Positions 63,287-64,000 of a stretch of DNA of 64,000 bases are shown one piece after another. Within the stretch, counting starts at the first letter, position 1. The number at the start of each line of letters is the position of its first letter. Source of the DNA: a virus (lineage: Duplodnaviria > Caudoviricetes); IMG/VR virus record IMGVR_UViG_3300002220_003351, positions 8,923 to 72,922 of that record; one strand, 5' to 3'. A program made the translations under genes and the position numbers. Under the pieces are notes generated by a model. It made no database searches, was not told the origin of the DNA, and saw only the letters and a program-made list of their open reading frames with translations.

Positions 63287-63340
63287 ATGTCCGACACAAA
63301 GGAATTGATCATCTACCAGAAGCACGAGGTGACGCTATGA
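63287..63340 (+). pseudogene. Truncated 5' end of a DGR accessory (Avd-like) gene
   Basis: MSDTKELIIYQKHEVTL*; EL.IYQK resembles Avd/four-helix-bundle N-termini; directly follows the variable region. Confidence 0.55.
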
Positions 63341-63403
63341 CCGAGAACGGGAATAGATACGTTACAAATCGGTGGCTGATTGGGATACGATAAGGAGGCT
63401 ATT

Positions 63404-63700
63404 ATGGACATCTCTATAGCAGTATTCATCATCTTCTTGATGACGCAGGCGGGGGACTTCTACACCACATGGCGGGTCCTGCAACTGCCGAATAGGAAAG
63501 AGGCTAACCCGGTGGTCAAGTGGGTCATGGACAGAATAGGGGTGGTGGGGGCCTTGATTCTCCTCAAGGGCCTGATCGTTGTGGTCATAGGCGCGGCCCT
63601 CTGGTTCTACCCCGACCCCATTGTCCAGATCACGGTGATCCTTGTGAGCGTGGGGTATGGGTGGGTGATCTCGAATAATGTGAAGCTGATGAGGAGGTAA
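63404..63700 (+). CDS. Small multi-pass membrane protein (DUF5658-like), possibly lysis-related
   Basis: AGGAGG RBS; D..TT...EANP; three hydrophobic helices. Confidence 0.7.
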   Translation: MDISIAVFIIFLMTQAGDFYTTWRVLQLPNRKEANPVVKWVMDRIGVVGALILLKGLIVVVIGAALWFYPDPIVQITVILVSVGYGWVISNNVKLMRR

Positions 63701-63705
63701 CCATC

Positions 63706-63804
63706 ATGGTGGACTGGGTATCCTTTCTTATTGGGGTAGTGTTTGGGATCTTTTTCGCAACTGGATTTTACTTTGTTCTGGGGGCGATAGAGAGAAGGAG
63801 GTAG
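63706..63804 (+). CDS. 32-aa membrane peptide
   Basis: GGAGG RBS; hydrophobic helix with basic RRR end. Confidence 0.5.
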   Translation: MVDWVSFLIGVVFGIFFATGFYFVLGAIERRR

Positions 63805-63811
63805 TCTTACT

Positions 63812-64000
63812 ATGCAGGAACCTGAATCTGGATCTTCACGGGATACTCTTGAAAGGCTGGTAAGATTAGAGACAAAGATATGCCTCAAGTTTGAGGAGCT
63901 GGAGAAGGCCATTGTTCTGGCACGGGAGATCTCCGAAAAAGACAAGGTCCTTGCCCGTGAGACCATAGATGCCCGATTACAGCACATGAATGAGTTCCAG
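63812..64000 (+). CDS. Coiled-coil protein (holin-like), 3'-truncated by the window
   Basis: GGAGG RBS; ERLVRLETKI...ARLQHMNEF runs off the window end. Confidence 0.55.
   Translation, partial: MQEPESGSSRDTLERLVRLETKICLKFEELEKAIVLAREISEKDKVLARETIDARLQHMNEFQ

Noticed and set aside
63146-64000. Active DGR
   Set aside because: No template repeat or reverse transcriptase found in the window; reported only as a remnant
1-64000. tRNA, rRNA, integrase or att sites
   Set aside because: No cloverleaf/T-loop patterns, rRNA or recombinase motifs recognised by eye; tRNAscan-SE should confirm

Overview
The window is most or all of a tailed bacteriophage genome, cut inside the late (virion) operon at both ends. 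It has four transcription blocks. (1) A rightward late operon runs from 42927 to 64000 and appears to continue at 1-13289: TerS, FkbM methyltransferase, intein-containing TerL, portal, TylF-type O-methyltransferase, scaffold, N4-gp56-type major capsid gene split by a group I intron, head/neck proteins, Gly-Ser/Thr repeat fibres, a C-type-lectin tail protein with the scar of a lost diversity-generating retroelement, membrane/lysis genes, ejection-type proteins and a 2531-aa polyvalent protein. (2) A leftward block at 32925-13282 has recombination genes followed by a 15-kb modification cluster: five radical SAM enzymes (two B12-binding), CDP-glucose synthase and 4,6-dehydratase, sugar C- and O-methyltransferases, a GT4 glycosyltransferase and a DNA methyltransferase. 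(3) A rightward replication block at 33080-36462 has an HTH gene, a primase-polymerase/helicase with internal iterons, and a NinG-like gene. (4) A leftward early block at 41927-36459 has an AAA ATPase/DUF3150-like/vWA module. I recognised no integrase, DNA polymerase, virion RNA polymerase, tRNA or CRISPR array. Two signals stand out. The first is a candidate phage-encoded virion decoration system, in which the sugar/radical-SAM cluster is paired with G-T-[S/A/H]-G tags on at least seven virion proteins. The second is an HNH endonuclease gene with its own putative promoter, inserted antisense inside the DNA methyltransferase, whose reading frame stays open across the insert without intein or intron features. 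All functional calls come from motif recognition by eye; no database searches were run.
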